Assembly: GCA_017634975.1 (NCBI GenBank)
Contig: JAGBMJ010000006.1
Location: 3,901 to 67,900 of the forward strand
Direction: 5' to 3'
DNA length: 64,000 bases
From: Lachnospiraceae bacterium
GTDB taxonomy: Bacteria; Bacillota; Clostridia; Lachnospirales; Lachnospiraceae
Shown here: piece by piece, positions 1 through 10,312 of the stretch
Layout of the letters: every line of letters starts with the position of its first letter
Numbering within the stretch: position 1 is the first letter of the stretch
Notes under the pieces: model-generated
Seen by the model: only the letters and a program-made list of their open reading frames with translations
Databases searched by the model: none
What the model was told of the DNA's origin: nothing
Position numbers and translations under genes: made by a program

Positions 1-645
1 TTTCCTGTCCCATACAGCAATACTTTCCGTCCAAATGGAACTCTGTTTCCGCAGCCCCCATATCATACCTAACAACAGAAATACGATCAGGCAGCGTATC
101 CCGGACAGAGCAAGCGGCTGTCTGGCATTGATCGTTATACCATCGATCTGTATCCTGTTTCCTTCGCTCAGAGTCGCATCCAAAACAATCGTTTTGATCT
201 TACCGTATCCCTGTATCCATAAAAAACGGGAAGATACGATCTCCGGCCGCAGGATATGCGTTCCAACTGTCACATAGCGATCATGGCCCTCATCTCTCAC
301 GATACACTGTAAGGAACAGATCCCGGATTCTCTCCCAGGATCCTCCTGTGCATCTGCCAAACGCCAATCCAGGCGGATATTATGCAGTTCTTTCTCTCCC
401 AAAAGCTGATCCAGCCCCGTGAGATAAAAACGTCCGGTCGCATCCTCCTCAAAAACCACCGTCCCGTTTTCAGCAAGCACGGCCTGCTCCGTCTCTACCG
501 CAGCCACCGGATAGGAGAGCTCCGTATACAGCATGGACTGAAAATACCGGAAATTAAACAAAAAAAGTTCTGCCATCACCGCCAGAAGCATCATCACCAA
601 AAACGGAAGCCACTTTTTCTTATTGCTCTTTTTTTCGTTCATCAT
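1..645 (-). CDS. Partial membrane protein (runs off the window edge), paralog of 650..2773; putative GT-C-type glycosyltransferase
   Basis: Not in the ORF track. Manual translation from ATG 645 gives MMNEKKSNKKKWLPFLVMMLLAVMAELFLFNFRYFQSMLYTE..., which aligns with LLELVFFNFRSIQSLFLTE of the neighbouring gene. Confidence 0.8.
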   Translation of the reverse strand, partial: MMNEKKSNKKKWLPFLVMMLLAVMAELFLFNFRYFQSMLYTELSYPVAAVETEQAVLAENGTVVFEEDATGRFYLTGLDQLLGEKELHNIRLDWRLADAQEDPGRESGICSLQCIVRDEGHDRYVTVGTHILRPEIVSSRFLWIQGYGKIKTIVLDATLSEGNRIQIDGITINARQPLALSGIRCLIVFLLLGMIWGLRKQSSIWTESIAVWDRK

Positions 646-649
646 CCTT

Positions 650-2773
650 CTACCAAAACATCATTGCATAATATATGCGGTAATACAGTCCTGTATCCCC
701 CCATAATAGCGGATATTTCAGACCGGTCAGCCAGTAAAAATTACAATGAAATCCCAAAACGACCACGGCACAGAATACCAAAAAGCCCTTCAAAAGCGCA
801 AGATCACCGTCTTTCTCCAGCCGCTTCCACAACAGCATCACAGAGATTGCCGCTGCCAGCAGCAGCACCGGCGAGAAATCCGCCATGTAGCGGTATACCA
901 CTCCGGCCATCTGTGCATCCAGCAGCATTACGCAGATCCCGAGCACTGCCGCGATCCTTGCAAAAAGGATCCACTTTCTCTCCTCTGTCTCTTTTTTCTT
1001 CACATCAAACAGAACGGAGATCAGCCAGGTCTGCGGATTGCAGGCCAGCAGCCCTCCGAATATATACTCCATATGAACCACGGTATGACCAAAAGCATTA
1101 TACTCCACACCATCCCCCGGGATCGACAGGTAGGGAAATTTCATCGACAGATCCGGCAGTTTCAGCATATACTCCCAAATTCCGATGAGCAATTTGTCAA
1201 AAGACCATATGGTCCTGGTCATATCATGAACCGTAAGATTATAGGCAAATCCGAAATCAAACGGATTGGAAAACCGCACATAATTATAATACATCACCCC
1301 GGCAGCCACCAGTAGATAGGGGATTACAAAAATAATTCCTCCCCGAAGCACTTCTCTGCGCTGTTTCTTCCAGAGCGTTTCCATCTTTGACCGCTCTATC
1401 CAAAACAAAGGGATCGCTAGAATACCGTAGACCAGCATATTCGGTCTGCTGGCTGCCACCAAAGCCATACAAAGGCTTCCGGCGCCAAGGCATACATACA
1501 TCCGACGCCCCCCCTTAGTTTCCTCCGCTCCGGAAGGCATCTCTTTTCCAGCCATGCACCAGAAGACGAGCCCCCAGACGATCAGTACCTCTCCCAGCGC
1601 CACCGGAACTGCATACGCATCCGGCTGGTTCATAAAAAAAGGCATCTGTGCTCCCAGATAGGAAAACACGTTCAGGATCAGTACTATCCCATACGGGATC
1701 CTGCCGATGCGGTCCGCCAGTACACGGAACAGAAAATAAAAACCGGCAAACAGCATGACCGCACACAGAACAACCGGAACCGCATTGGATATATGCGTCC
1801 CTGTCAGCAGATAAAACGGAAGATAAAAGATAAGACAGGGCAAAATACCGAAATATACATAATACTTCCCGTTGTAATATGCATAATCCCACAAAAAATC
1901 TTCCCCGCTCTCTTCCGCCAGAACCGTTCGGAGGGTATCATCATAGGGATTCTCCATTTCTGTCAGCCACTGCGGCGGCGTCTCCTGTAAGCTCACTTCT
2001 CCCGCGAGCAGCCGTTCCGCCAGTTTCTGATACGGACGGAAAAAAGTATATTCGTTCAGATAAATATTTTTTCCGATCAGGATCACCGCCGGCAGGATCA
2101 GGATCACTGCCAGGAGCATCACGATCCCCCTCTTTTTCCATCCCGGAACCTCCTGTACACTCTTCCAAAGATCGCTTCTGCCGCGAAAAGCATATACCAC
2201 CACCCCCGCAATGAACATCATCAGAAAACGAACTACGGAAAAATAGAACGGCCGGTGAGCATTCAGCACGATCTGCTTCAGCCGTACCGCATTTCCATTT
2301 GAAAGAGACAGCTGAAATGCTATAGATCGTATCTCTCCGCTTCCATGAAGAGCCAGCCAGGATGACTGCGGAATATCCTCCCGGTAAATATGCTCTGTCA
2401 ATGCGCAATAACGTTCATGACCTTCATCCTGAAGATACGGCCACAAACGCAGTACTCCGCTCTCCATAAAGGGCAGATCCTGTGAATCTGGAAGCTCTAT
2501 ATCCAGTCGGACATTATGAACGCCCCTGCCATCCGTCTTTTCAGGCAGGTCGGTCAGATACACAACCGCCGTTTCTTCCGTCAGATAATAACAATCCCCG
2601 TCATACAGCATACCTTCTGCATAGATTTCGTCCAAAGGATATTCTTTTTCCGTCAGAAACAGAGACTGAATGCTACGAAAATTAAAAAACACCAATTCCA
2701 GCAACACAGAAACCAGCATGATTCCTGTTATCGTTTTTACATATTTTTTTGTTCCCGGGTGTTTATCCGACAT
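650..2773 (-). CDS. Multi-pass membrane protein, putative GT-C glycosyltransferase
   Basis: 707 aa; N-terminal TM, extracellular domain, then many TMs; NPYDD...WDYAYYNGKYYVYFG loop. Confidence 0.65.
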   Translation of the reverse strand: MSDKHPGTKKYVKTITGIMLVSVLLELVFFNFRSIQSLFLTEKEYPLDEIYAEGMLYDGDCYYLTEETAVVYLTDLPEKTDGRGVHNVRLDIELPDSQDLPFMESGVLRLWPYLQDEGHERYCALTEHIYREDIPQSSWLALHGSGEIRSIAFQLSLSNGNAVRLKQIVLNAHRPFYFSVVRFLMMFIAGVVVYAFRGRSDLWKSVQEVPGWKKRGIVMLLAVILILPAVILIGKNIYLNEYTFFRPYQKLAERLLAGEVSLQETPPQWLTEMENPYDDTLRTVLAEESGEDFLWDYAYYNGKYYVYFGILPCLIFYLPFYLLTGTHISNAVPVVLCAVMLFAGFYFLFRVLADRIGRIPYGIVLILNVFSYLGAQMPFFMNQPDAYAVPVALGEVLIVWGLVFWCMAGKEMPSGAEETKGGRRMYVCLGAGSLCMALVAASRPNMLVYGILAIPLFWIERSKMETLWKKQRREVLRGGIIFVIPYLLVAAGVMYYNYVRFSNPFDFGFAYNLTVHDMTRTIWSFDKLLIGIWEYMLKLPDLSMKFPYLSIPGDGVEYNAFGHTVVHMEYIFGGLLACNPQTWLISVLFDVKKKETEERKWILFARIAAVLGICVMLLDAQMAGVVYRYMADFSPVLLLAAAISVMLLWKRLEKDGDLALLKGFLVFCAVVVLGFHCNFYWLTGLKYPLLWGDTGLYYRIYYAMMFW

Positions 2774-4037
2774 CTGTTTTACCTGTATTCTCTTCCTCTA
2801 AAGCCGCAAACGGGAGTAACAGAAACATATTGAATGCCGGATCGATCATCCGATGCTCCCAGAAACAGTGAAATGCCACGATCGCCAGAAGAAACATCCG
2901 AAAGGTCTGCTTTTTTTTCATCAATCGGCACTGGATCCCGGTATTGATCAGCAGAAATGCCACAAAAGCTACGACACCATACATAACGTAGACCCGGATA
3001 TAGGAACAATCCAAAAATGTATAGAACCCTTCTTTGCTCGCCGGATTTCCTCCCCCGGCACCTAACTGCAGAAAATACTTTCCAAACCATGAAAAAGGCA
3101 ACACTCTGGTCACATTTGCCGAAGTCCGGATCCGGTTTTCAAAACTGCTCAGTGCACCAATGCTGTGATAAAAAGCTCCCGGATCTTCCGTATAAGTAAA
3201 ATTCAGCACAAAATACACAGCTGCGCATACGACAAAGGATGCCAGCAAAACGATCTGCCATGTTTTCTCTGCAACCGGCGGAACATGCAACGTATGTCTT
3301 TTATTGATCGTGCAGAATACGCAGCCGATCAATGCCAATACTACGCAAAACAGGGAGATCCTCCCCCCCAGCAGACAGATATTCAGAATGCTTAAAACCG
3401 CTATCACGGTATAGGCATACCATTTCATAAGCCCGTTTTTCAGGAACATATACAGCAGGATCGCATAGCAGCCAAGCGCCGCAAGATCCGTGCAATGGTA
3501 GGTCCCGAAGGAATGGCGTAATAGATCACCACGTTCATCAATATAATCCGGTAAAATTCCCATCTGACTCAGGCCAAATGCCAAACCAGCAACTCCCACC
3601 GTAAGCAGGATCGCAATCCTGCCGATCTTTTTGTAATCTCTCCCGTAAGAAGCAACGATCAGAAGAAGTGCTTCAAACACCATGGTATCATTCCGGTCTC
3701 TCCAGTAATAAGCATAGAACCATCCCAGCGCAAGCAAAGCCAATAAAAGCAGTTTGGTCATCTTTCCTTTTGCTTCAAAGCATATGGTATAAATGGCAGG
3801 AAGAACGATCAGGAACCGAAGCCCCAACAAGCTGTTAAAGAGTACATCGACCAATGCCGGATCCATATCCTGCAGCCATTGCCCGGTATAAACACGCAAC
3901 ATAGAGATCAACGGAGTCGTATTCAGCCGGTCATAGAAAAGAATGATCACCAGAAATACATAATACATCCGCTCCATCGGCTTTTGATATTCCATCAGTT
4001 TTTTGCGTAGATCAGCTCCAAGCCCCTGTTCCTTCAT
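2763..4037 (-). CDS. Wzy/O-antigen-ligase-like polysaccharide polymerase
   Basis: 424 aa, many TMs; RHSFG, GGR, FLDCSY and HCFWEH motifs shared with 16476..17771 and the N-terminus of 49983..51947. Confidence 0.65.
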   Translation of the reverse strand: MKEQGLGADLRKKLMEYQKPMERMYYVFLVIILFYDRLNTTPLISMLRVYTGQWLQDMDPALVDVLFNSLLGLRFLIVLPAIYTICFEAKGKMTKLLLLALLALGWFYAYYWRDRNDTMVFEALLLIVASYGRDYKKIGRIAILLTVGVAGLAFGLSQMGILPDYIDERGDLLRHSFGTYHCTDLAALGCYAILLYMFLKNGLMKWYAYTVIAVLSILNICLLGGRISLFCVVLALIGCVFCTINKRHTLHVPPVAEKTWQIVLLASFVVCAAVYFVLNFTYTEDPGAFYHSIGALSSFENRIRTSANVTRVLPFSWFGKYFLQLGAGGGNPASKEGFYTFLDCSYIRVYVMYGVVAFVAFLLINTGIQCRLMKKKQTFRMFLLAIVAFHCFWEHRMIDPAFNMFLLLPFAALEEENTGKTDVG

Positions 4038-4062
4038 TCACTCTCTCCCCAATTGTGATCCC

Positions 4063-5298
4063 TTAAATAAACCCGGCCATCACGACATTTGCCAGGTCAC
4101 GTCCGGTCCCGGTCAGGCGTAATGCTCCGTCCCGTTCCGCCAACAGGCGTTCCTGCTTCATCTTACAGATCTGCTCTCCATACTCTTCTTCCGGCGCCCG
4201 TCCGTATCTTTGTACATATTCTTCTATATTAACGCCTTCCGTCAGACGCAGTCCAAGAAACATCGCTTCGCTTCGCTGTTCTTCCGGCGAAAGCACCTCC
4301 CGGTCTGTCTGCAGATCCGCAGCCTGTTCACAGGCCAGATACCGTTCCACCCCCGTTTCATTCTTCCAACGCACATCCTTTACGCAGGACGCTGCGCCCA
4401 ATCCGAAACCGGCATAATCCTCTCTCTTCCAGTAAACCATATTGTGCCGACACTCTCTGTCCGGCTTAGCATAGTTGGACAGCTCATACTGCCGGTAACC
4501 ATACTCTGACAGGAGTTCCGCCGTCCGATGATACATCTCCCGTTCCGCATCTTCGGAAGGAAGCAACTCCGTTTCCGAAATGGCTTGTTCGGTTCTGTCT
4601 GCTCTGTTTTCCGCCTGTATCTTTCGCCGGATCTCGTCGGGTTCCAGCCCCTTTTCCCGCAGTTCAAGCTGCCGGTGATACCGTCCGTAAAACGGCGTCC
4701 CCTCTTCTATGATCAGACTGTAGGCCGAGATATGCTCCGGCGCCAGTTCTGCCAATGTCCGCAGATTCTCTTCCCAGTCTGCCACCGTCTGCCCCGGCAA
4801 AGCGCTCATCAGGTCCACATTGACATTTTCAAATCCCGCTTTCCGTGCCGCATGAAAACAATCCAAAAACTGTTCTCTATTATGGATCCGTCCGAGCAGT
4901 TTCAGTTCCCGGTCATGAACCGACTGACAACCAATACTGATCCGGTTGATGCCACAGCTGCGATATGCCGCCAGCTTCACTGCATCCGCCGTTCCCGGGT
5001 TGCATTCGATCGTGCATTCCGCATCTGCGGCGATCTGATAGCATTCCTGCAGCGTTTCCGTTACACGAACCATCTGCTCCGCCGGAATGCTTGTCGGTGT
5101 ACCGCCGCCGATAAAGACCGTTTTTACTTCATATCCCCGATATGCCGACGCATTCTCCCGTATTTCCCACAGGAGTTTCTGTATATACTGCTCCTGCATC
5201 TCCTCCGTTCCCGGAAAGGACAGGAAGTCACAGTAGGCACATTTTCGTACGCAAAACGGGATGTGGATATATATCGCCAGTGGTTTAATTGTCTTCAT
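4063..5298 (-). CDS. hemW: Radical SAM heme chaperone HemW (HemN-like)
   Basis: [27 protein letters not shown]; directly downstream of lepA. Confidence 0.93.
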   Translation of the reverse strand: MKTIKPLAIYIHIPFCVRKCAYCDFLSFPGTEEMQEQYIQKLLWEIRENASAYRGYEVKTVFIGGGTPTSIPAEQMVRVTETLQECYQIAADAECTIECNPGTADAVKLAAYRSCGINRISIGCQSVHDRELKLLGRIHNREQFLDCFHAARKAGFENVNVDLMSALPGQTVADWEENLRTLAELAPEHISAYSLIIEEGTPFYGRYHRQLELREKGLEPDEIRRKIQAENRADRTEQAISETELLPSEDAEREMYHRTAELLSEYGYRQYELSNYAKPDRECRHNMVYWKREDYAGFGLGAASCVKDVRWKNETGVERYLACEQAADLQTDREVLSPEEQRSEAMFLGLRLTEGVNIEEYVQRYGRAPEEEYGEQICKMKQERLLAERDGALRLTGTGRDLANVVMAGFI

Positions 5299-7096
5299 CC
5301 AGCTTCAGCACACTCATAAAGGCCGCCTGCGGGATCTCCACATTGCCCACCTGGCGCATACGTTTCTTGCCTTCCTTCTGCTTCTCCAGCAGCTTCTTCT
5401 TACGGGTGATATCACCACCGTAGCACTTCGCCAGCACGTCCTTGCGCATCGCCTTGACCGTCTCACGCGCAATGACCTTGCCGCCGACCGCCGCCTGGAT
5501 CGGGATCTCGAATAAGTGTCTGGGGATCTCATCCTTTAAACGCTCGCACATCCGCCGACCGCGCTCATACGCACTGTCCGCATGCACGATAAAGGACAGT
5601 GCATCCACTTCTTCCTTATTGATCAGGATGTCGAGCTTCACCAGCGTCGAAGGCTCATACCCCTTCAGATCATAATCAAAGGATGCATAGCCCTTGGAAC
5701 GGGATTTCAGCGCATCAAAGAAATCATAGATGATCTCATTGAGCGGCAGCTCGTATTTGAGTAATGCCCGGTTCGCCTCGATGTATTCCATGGACTGATA
5801 GCGCCCACGACGTTCCTGACAAAGCTCCATGATAGGGCCGATAAAGTCCTTGGTCACCATGATCTCCGCCTTCACGATCGGTTCTTCCATATGATCGATC
5901 TCGGACGGATCCGGCAGATTGGACGGATTGGTCAGCTCGATCATCTCTCCATTGGTCTTGTATACCTTATAAACTACACCCGGTGCCGTCGTCACCAGAT
6001 CCAGATCATATTCGCGTTCCAGCCGTTCCTGGATCACCTCCAGATGCAGCAGTCCCAGGAACCCGCAGCGGAAACCGAATCCCAGCGCCACGGAAGTCTC
6101 CGCTTCAAAAAATAACGAAGCATCATTGAGCTGCAGCTTCTCCAGAGCATCCCGCAGATCCGGATACTTCGCGCCATCGGCAGGATACAGACCGCAGTAT
6201 ACCATGGACTGTACCTTCTTGTAGCCGGGCAGCGGCGCATCACATGGTCGGTCTGCTTCCGTTACTGTATCGCCCACCGCCGTATCCTGTACATTCTTGA
6301 TGGATGCTGTCAGATACCCTACCATACCGGCCGAAAGCTCTTCGCACGGTAGAAACTGTCCTGCTCCAAAAGTCCCCACTTCCACGACTTCTACGACTGC
6401 GCCGGTCGCCATCATCTTTACACGGGTACCGCGCTTTACCGTGCCATCCTTGACACGCATAAAGACGATCACGCCTTTGTAGGAATCATATAAGGAGTCA
6501 AAGATCAGCGCCTTAAGCGGTGCCGCCGGATCTCCCGTCGGTGCCGGGATCTTATGCACCACGGCCTCCAGCACGTCTTCGATACCGATGCCGTTCTTGG
6601 CAGAGATCAGCGGGGCATCCATTGCTTCGATACCGATCACATCCTCGATCTCTTCCTTTACCACATCCGGCTGTGCGCTCGGCAGATCGATCTTGTTGAT
6701 CACCGGGAAGACCTCCAGGTCATGGTCCAGCGCCAGATAAACATTCGCCAGAGTCTGCGCTTCGATACCCTGCGCTGCATCCACGACCAGGATAGCACCA
6801 TCGCAAGCCGCCAGTGCACGGCTCACTTCATAATTAAAATCCACGTGTCCCGGTGTATCGATCAGGTTGAAGATATACTCCTGCCCGTCCTTTGCCTTAT
6901 ATACGGTACGTACCGCCTGTGCCTTGATCGTGATGCCTCGCTCGCGCTCCAGATCCATATTATCCAGTACCTGCTCCTGCATCTCGCGCTCCGTCAGCAG
7001 CCCGGTCCGCTCAATGATACGGTCCGCCAGCGTACTCTTACCATGATCGATATGCGCTACGATACAAAAATTTCGGATGTTTTCCTGTCCTGTCAT
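5285..7096 (-). CDS. lepA: Translation elongation factor 4 (LepA)
   Basis: [45 protein letters not shown]. Confidence 0.99.
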   Translation of the reverse strand: MTGQENIRNFCIVAHIDHGKSTLADRIIERTGLLTEREMQEQVLDNMDLERERGITIKAQAVRTVYKAKDGQEYIFNLIDTPGHVDFNYEVSRALAACDGAILVVDAAQGIEAQTLANVYLALDHDLEVFPVINKIDLPSAQPDVVKEEIEDVIGIEAMDAPLISAKNGIGIEDVLEAVVHKIPAPTGDPAAPLKALIFDSLYDSYKGVIVFMRVKDGTVKRGTRVKMMATGAVVEVVEVGTFGAGQFLPCEELSAGMVGYLTASIKNVQDTAVGDTVTEADRPCDAPLPGYKKVQSMVYCGLYPADGAKYPDLRDALEKLQLNDASLFFEAETSVALGFGFRCGFLGLLHLEVIQERLEREYDLDLVTTAPGVVYKVYKTNGEMIELTNPSNLPDPSEIDHMEEPIVKAEIMVTKDFIGPIMELCQERRGRYQSMEYIEANRALLKYELPLNEIIYDFFDALKSRSKGYASFDYDLKGYEPSTLVKLDILINKEEVDALSFIVHADSAYERGRRMCERLKDEIPRHLFEIPIQAAVGGKVIARETVKAMRKDVLAKCYGGDITRKKKLLEKQKEGKKRMRQVGNVEIPQAAFMSVLKLDEDN

Positions 7097-7125
7097 ATAT
7101 CACAAACTCCCATATATCAGTTTAA

Positions 7126-7154
7126 TTGACATTCTATAACAATTATGCTAGTAT
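7126..7154 (+). promoter_or_regulatory. SigA promoter for a putative antitoxin sRNA
   Basis: TTGACA-17 nt-TAGTAT with extended TG; no + strand ORF follows. Confidence 0.7.
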
Positions 7155-7160
7155 GAGTAT

Positions 7161-7256
7161 ATAAAAAAGGTGCCGTCAGTAGACGGTTAGCCCAGCACAA
7201 ATTTTTTAGCTAAAATAGCCGTCAGTTTTGTTAGGACTAGGGCGGCTATTTTTGTG
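7161..7256 (+). ncRNA. Putative antisense (antitoxin) sRNA of a type I TA locus
   Basis: Bounded by the promoter above and a hairpin-plus-T terminator (aaaatagccgtc...ggcggctattttt, 7212-7253); convergent with and overlapping the 3' end of the small ORF. Confidence 0.6.
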
Positions 7257-7344
7257 TTTTATCATTACGTCCGAAGACATATCCAAGACTGAAGCAACCA
7301 ACGCACAGGCTGATCACGGCTATAAGTCCTTCCATCGTCAACAT
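7246..7344 (-). CDS. 32-aa single-TM peptide, putative type I (holin-like) toxin
   Basis: MLTMEGLIAVISLCVGCFSLGYVFGRNDKTQK; strong RBS AAAGGAGGG; hydrophobic core with charged tail. Confidence 0.75.
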   Translation of the reverse strand: MLTMEGLIAVISLCVGCFSLGYVFGRNDKTQK

Positions 7345-7481
7345 CCGCTTCGCCCTCCTTTCATTTATTTCTGCTCTCGGCAGATATAGTATGAAAACGG
7401 AGGGTCACAGTCCCTCCGGAGAGGGCTAACCGTCCACCATCTTTTCGGAAGCCAAAACTTCTATAGGCGACACCCTTTAGG

Positions 7482-7510
7482 ATTATATCATCTAAGGTTA
7501 TTTTCTGTAA
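7482..7510 (-). promoter_or_regulatory. SigA promoter for the small-peptide mRNA
   Basis: TTACAG-17 nt-TATAAT with extended TG on the minus strand. Confidence 0.6.
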
Positions 7511-7528
7511 AGTTTTTTCTATAAACTC

Positions 7529-7557
7529 TTGACAGATATACCAATAAATCGTAAAAT
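7529..7557 (+). promoter_or_regulatory. SigA promoter of rpsT
   Basis: TTGACA-17 nt-TAAAAT. Confidence 0.75.
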
Positions 7558-7643
7558 CTTTTTTGTGTTTATCGGACTGTCCGTGTCCGGCCCCGATAAA
7601 CGTCTGTAGAAACATTATCATCAAAGTCAGGAGGTGTAGGGAC

Positions 7644-7907
7644 TTGGCAAATATCAAATCTGCAAAGAAGAGAATCATTGTCAGCGAGACAAGGGAAGAG
7701 CGTAACAAAGCGATCCGTTCCGGCGTGAAGACTGCTGTAAAGAAAGTTTATGCAGCAATCGATGCAAATGACAAGGAAGCAGCAAAGGCAGCTCTGCTCA
7801 ATGCTACCAGCGTGATCGACAAAGCGACCAGCAAGGGCGTATATCACAAGAATTACGCATCCAGAAAGATTTCCCGTCTGAATCTTGCTGTGAACAAGAT
7901 TGGCTGA
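7644..7907 (+). CDS. rpsT: 30S ribosomal protein S20
   Basis: TTG start after AGGAGGTG; ANIKSAKKR...KGVYHKNYASRKISRL. Confidence 0.97.
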   Translation: MANIKSAKKRIIVSETREERNKAIRSGVKTAVKKVYAAIDANDKEAAKAALLNATSVIDKATSKGVYHKNYASRKISRLNLAVNKIG

Positions 7908-7932
7908 GCCAATTCATAAAGAAGATACTGTA

Positions 7933-7966
7933 GAGAGTCCCGGGTACCGTCATGCCCGGGTTCTTT
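7933..7966 (+). terminator. Probable rho-independent terminator after rpsT
   Basis: cccgggta...tgcccggg hairpin followed by ttcttt. Confidence 0.6.
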
Positions 7967-8022
7967 ATATGCCAAAAACGTCTTATGGTGCTGTTTCCAA
8001 AGCAGCTTTCGGAGAAGATGAT

Positions 8023-8445
8023 ATGAGAAAACGAATCAATGCCTATCTGGCTTTTATCGACAAGATCCTGGCACACGATCTGCCCGTCACCTCTTCGTTC
8101 CACGATGGTGGTGAGCATACCGATACTCTGGTCAAGGATGCGATCCCCACACGGAAGGATTATGAACGCTTGCTCTCCTTCCATCTGCATCAGATCGCGT
8201 TCTTTCAACATGAGCGCCTGATCCATCTGCTCGTCACGATCCTGTTCGCCCTGCTGGCGTTTGCCGTATTTATCCTCAACTATATGGAACTGATGGCAGG
8301 ACGTCCGAACATCGGTCTGATCCTTCTGTTTGTGTTGATCGTCGTGCTTCTCGTCCCGTATATACTGCACTATTTTCTTCTGGAAAACGGGGTACAGAAA
8401 ATGTACCGCCAGTATGATGAAATGGTAAGACAGATCCGCAGCTGA
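8023..8445 (+). CDS. Hypothetical membrane protein (2 TM)
   Basis: ATG after GGAG; FFQHERLIHLLVT, two TMs, HYFLLENGVQKMY. Confidence 0.8.
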   Translation: MRKRINAYLAFIDKILAHDLPVTSSFHDGGEHTDTLVKDAIPTRKDYERLLSFHLHQIAFFQHERLIHLLVTILFALLAFAVFILNYMELMAGRPNIGLILLFVLIVVLLVPYILHYFLLENGVQKMYRQYDEMVRQIRS

Positions 8446-8455
8446 ATACTGCGGA

Positions 8456-9073
8456 TCATTTCTTTCTGTTTTCTTTGTGTTTTTCCGTGTACCCGTCAAT
8501 GATCTTTTCGATCATCAGCTTCTTTACATACACATCAAAGCTCAGGTCACAGATAAAGGTAAATAACTGAAGGAACTCTTTCTCCTCCCCCTCCGGCAGG
8601 TCTTCAAACGAATTCTGCGACTCCTTGAACGTCTCCAGGATATCTTCCTTAAAGTCATCGATACGTTCCCGCTGCGCTCCGATCACTTCATTGTAGATCT
8701 TTTCGATCGTAACCTTTCCGTTTTTCCCGTAATATTTCTCCGCCATCGGCCCGAGCATCTGCTGGATATCGCTGATCGACAGGATATTTTTGAAATAATA
8801 GATAAACACCAGCAGCATGATATGCTCTTTGTTGTATTTCTTCTTATCCGGCGGCGGCAGAAGGTTATTCTTCGCATAATTATTGATCATCGTTTTGGTC
8901 AGGATACGATCCGTCCCCTGATGCCGCGCCGTTTTTTTCAATCTGGTATCAATATATGATGTCACCTGATCCATATACAGATCGATGTTCGGAATATCCT
9001 CCGGTTTGATAAAATCGATCCGTCCCAGACTCGCCATGATCGAATTGATCAGGTCCTCCATATCTATCGTCAT
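8456..9073 (-). CDS. DUF1836 domain protein (HTH-like)
   Basis: IPNIDLYMDQV...LTKTMINNYAKNNLLPPP signature. Confidence 0.88.
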   Translation of the reverse strand: MTIDMEDLINSIMASLGRIDFIKPEDIPNIDLYMDQVTSYIDTRLKKTARHQGTDRILTKTMINNYAKNNLLPPPDKKKYNKEHIMLLVFIYYFKNILSISDIQQMLGPMAEKYYGKNGKVTIEKIYNEVIGAQRERIDDFKEDILETFKESQNSFEDLPEGEEKEFLQLFTFICDLSFDVYVKKLMIEKIIDGYTEKHKENRKK

Positions 9074-9088
9074 TTCATCCTCCCATTA

Positions 9089-9841
9089 TTATCCATTTAT
9101 ATCAATCGTCTCCAGCGGATCCACCCAGTTCTCCTCATACCGCATCCAATAGGTAAACGTATTGATCTCATCCACAAAATACAACAGCACGCTCCCGCGT
9201 CCCACGGTGTCATTTTCACTGACCAGTGCCAGTCCGAACCCTTCATATACCGTAGTATATCCGTTTCCATGATCCAGTACGATCTGATAGCCCTTGTGCG
9301 CATCACCGTTCACCATTACCACCGTGCCATCCGCCGTAGCGATCGCACGGCTTTCTGCCGCAGTCATAAATGTTGCCGATGGGGCATCCTTCGGGATCAC
9401 CAGCCGCATCTGCTCTTCTTCCGTCTCCGGCTCTTCTTCCTCTTCTTCGTCCGGTTCCTCCTCTTCTCCCTCTTCAGTGATCTCCGTCTCCTGTATCAGC
9501 GAAGAATTTCCACGCAGCGGAAAAATGTTCGGAACATACCGTGCCGCCTCCTGCTCCTGCATCGCTTCGAGTTCATCCGTTTTGGTCGTCAGAGACTTGC
9601 TCATCGCCACCAGTTCTTTATCCTGTTCTGCATCCCGGTTCGCCAGCTCCTCGATCTGCCCGGCCTGTTCCGTATTATTCGCACGCAAAGCATCCGTCAG
9701 CCTCTGCAATTCCGCGATCTGCACTTTCAAAGCCCTGTTGCTCGATATATGCACGCCGATCACCAGAACAAATGCCAGCACAACTGCGATCGCAACAACT
9801 GCGATCATTATATTCTTTTTCTGCCCGGAATGTTCTCCCAT
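9089..9841 (-). CDS. Membrane-anchored coiled-coil protein with a degenerate M23/LytM domain
   Basis: N-terminal TM, coiled coil, acidic linker, ATADGTV...IVLDHGNGYTTVY...WVDP; zinc ligands absent. Confidence 0.75.
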   Translation of the reverse strand: MGEHSGQKKNIMIAVVAIAVVLAFVLVIGVHISSNRALKVQIAELQRLTDALRANNTEQAGQIEELANRDAEQDKELVAMSKSLTTKTDELEAMQEQEAARYVPNIFPLRGNSSLIQETEITEEGEEEEPDEEEEEEPETEEEQMRLVIPKDAPSATFMTAAESRAIATADGTVVMVNGDAHKGYQIVLDHGNGYTTVYEGFGLALVSENDTVGRGSVLLYFVDEINTFTYWMRYEENWVDPLETIDING

Positions 9842-9926
9842 AGCCACCTCAAGATCAATACCTACTGTTTACATAAAAGACCATTGAATAGTATATCATA
9901 TTTTCGTCATTTTTTACAGTTTTTTC

Positions 9927-9955
9927 TTTACTTTTCTTTGCCGCTGTGCTATATT
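9927..9955 (+). promoter_or_regulatory. SigA-like promoter of the cold-shock gene
   Basis: TTTACT-17 nt-TATATT with extended TG. Confidence 0.55.
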
Positions 9956-10003
9956 GACATTGTCATTGTTTTTGACGCAAACATTTTTTGGAGGTAGTAA
10001 GAC

Positions 10004-10204
10004 ATGCAGGGTACAGTTAAGTGGTTCAACGCACAGAAGGGTTATGGTTTCCTTTCTACTCCGGAAGGCAAGGATGTATTCGTACATTTCTCCGCAATTC
10101 AGAACGTAGAAGGTTACAAGTCCTTGGACGATGGTCAGGAAGTAGAGTTTGACATCGTTGACGGCCCGAAGGGACCTCAGGCAGCAAATGTAATTAAGAA
10201 ATAA
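10004..10204 (+). CDS. Cold-shock protein (CspA family)
   Basis: [26 protein letters not shown] motifs. Confidence 0.97.
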   Translation: MQGTVKWFNAQKGYGFLSTPEGKDVFVHFSAIQNVEGYKSLDDGQEVEFDIVDGPKGPQAANVIKK

Positions 10205-10261
10205 TTCTTGTGCGGCCACGATTTTAATCTGTTGCAATCATATGGAACGATTAAATCAAGT

Positions 10262-10293
10262 AAGCAGGTTGTCAAATGACAACCTGCTTTTTT
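10262..10293 (+). terminator. Rho-independent terminator
   Basis: aagcaggttgtca-aa-tgacaacctgctt followed by T run. Confidence 0.85.
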
Positions 10294-10312
10294 GTAGGAT
10301 CAGATATGGATT

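Noticed and set aside
5261-7129. Long + strand ORFs opposite lepA, and similar shadows opposite hemW, typA, ilvE and mgtE
   Set aside because: Antisense shadows of conserved genes caused by codon bias; no recognisable motifs.
7361-7708. 115-aa minus-strand ORF across the rpsT start
   Set aside because: Overlaps rpsT and two promoters; the region is better explained by rpsT and the small-peptide leader.
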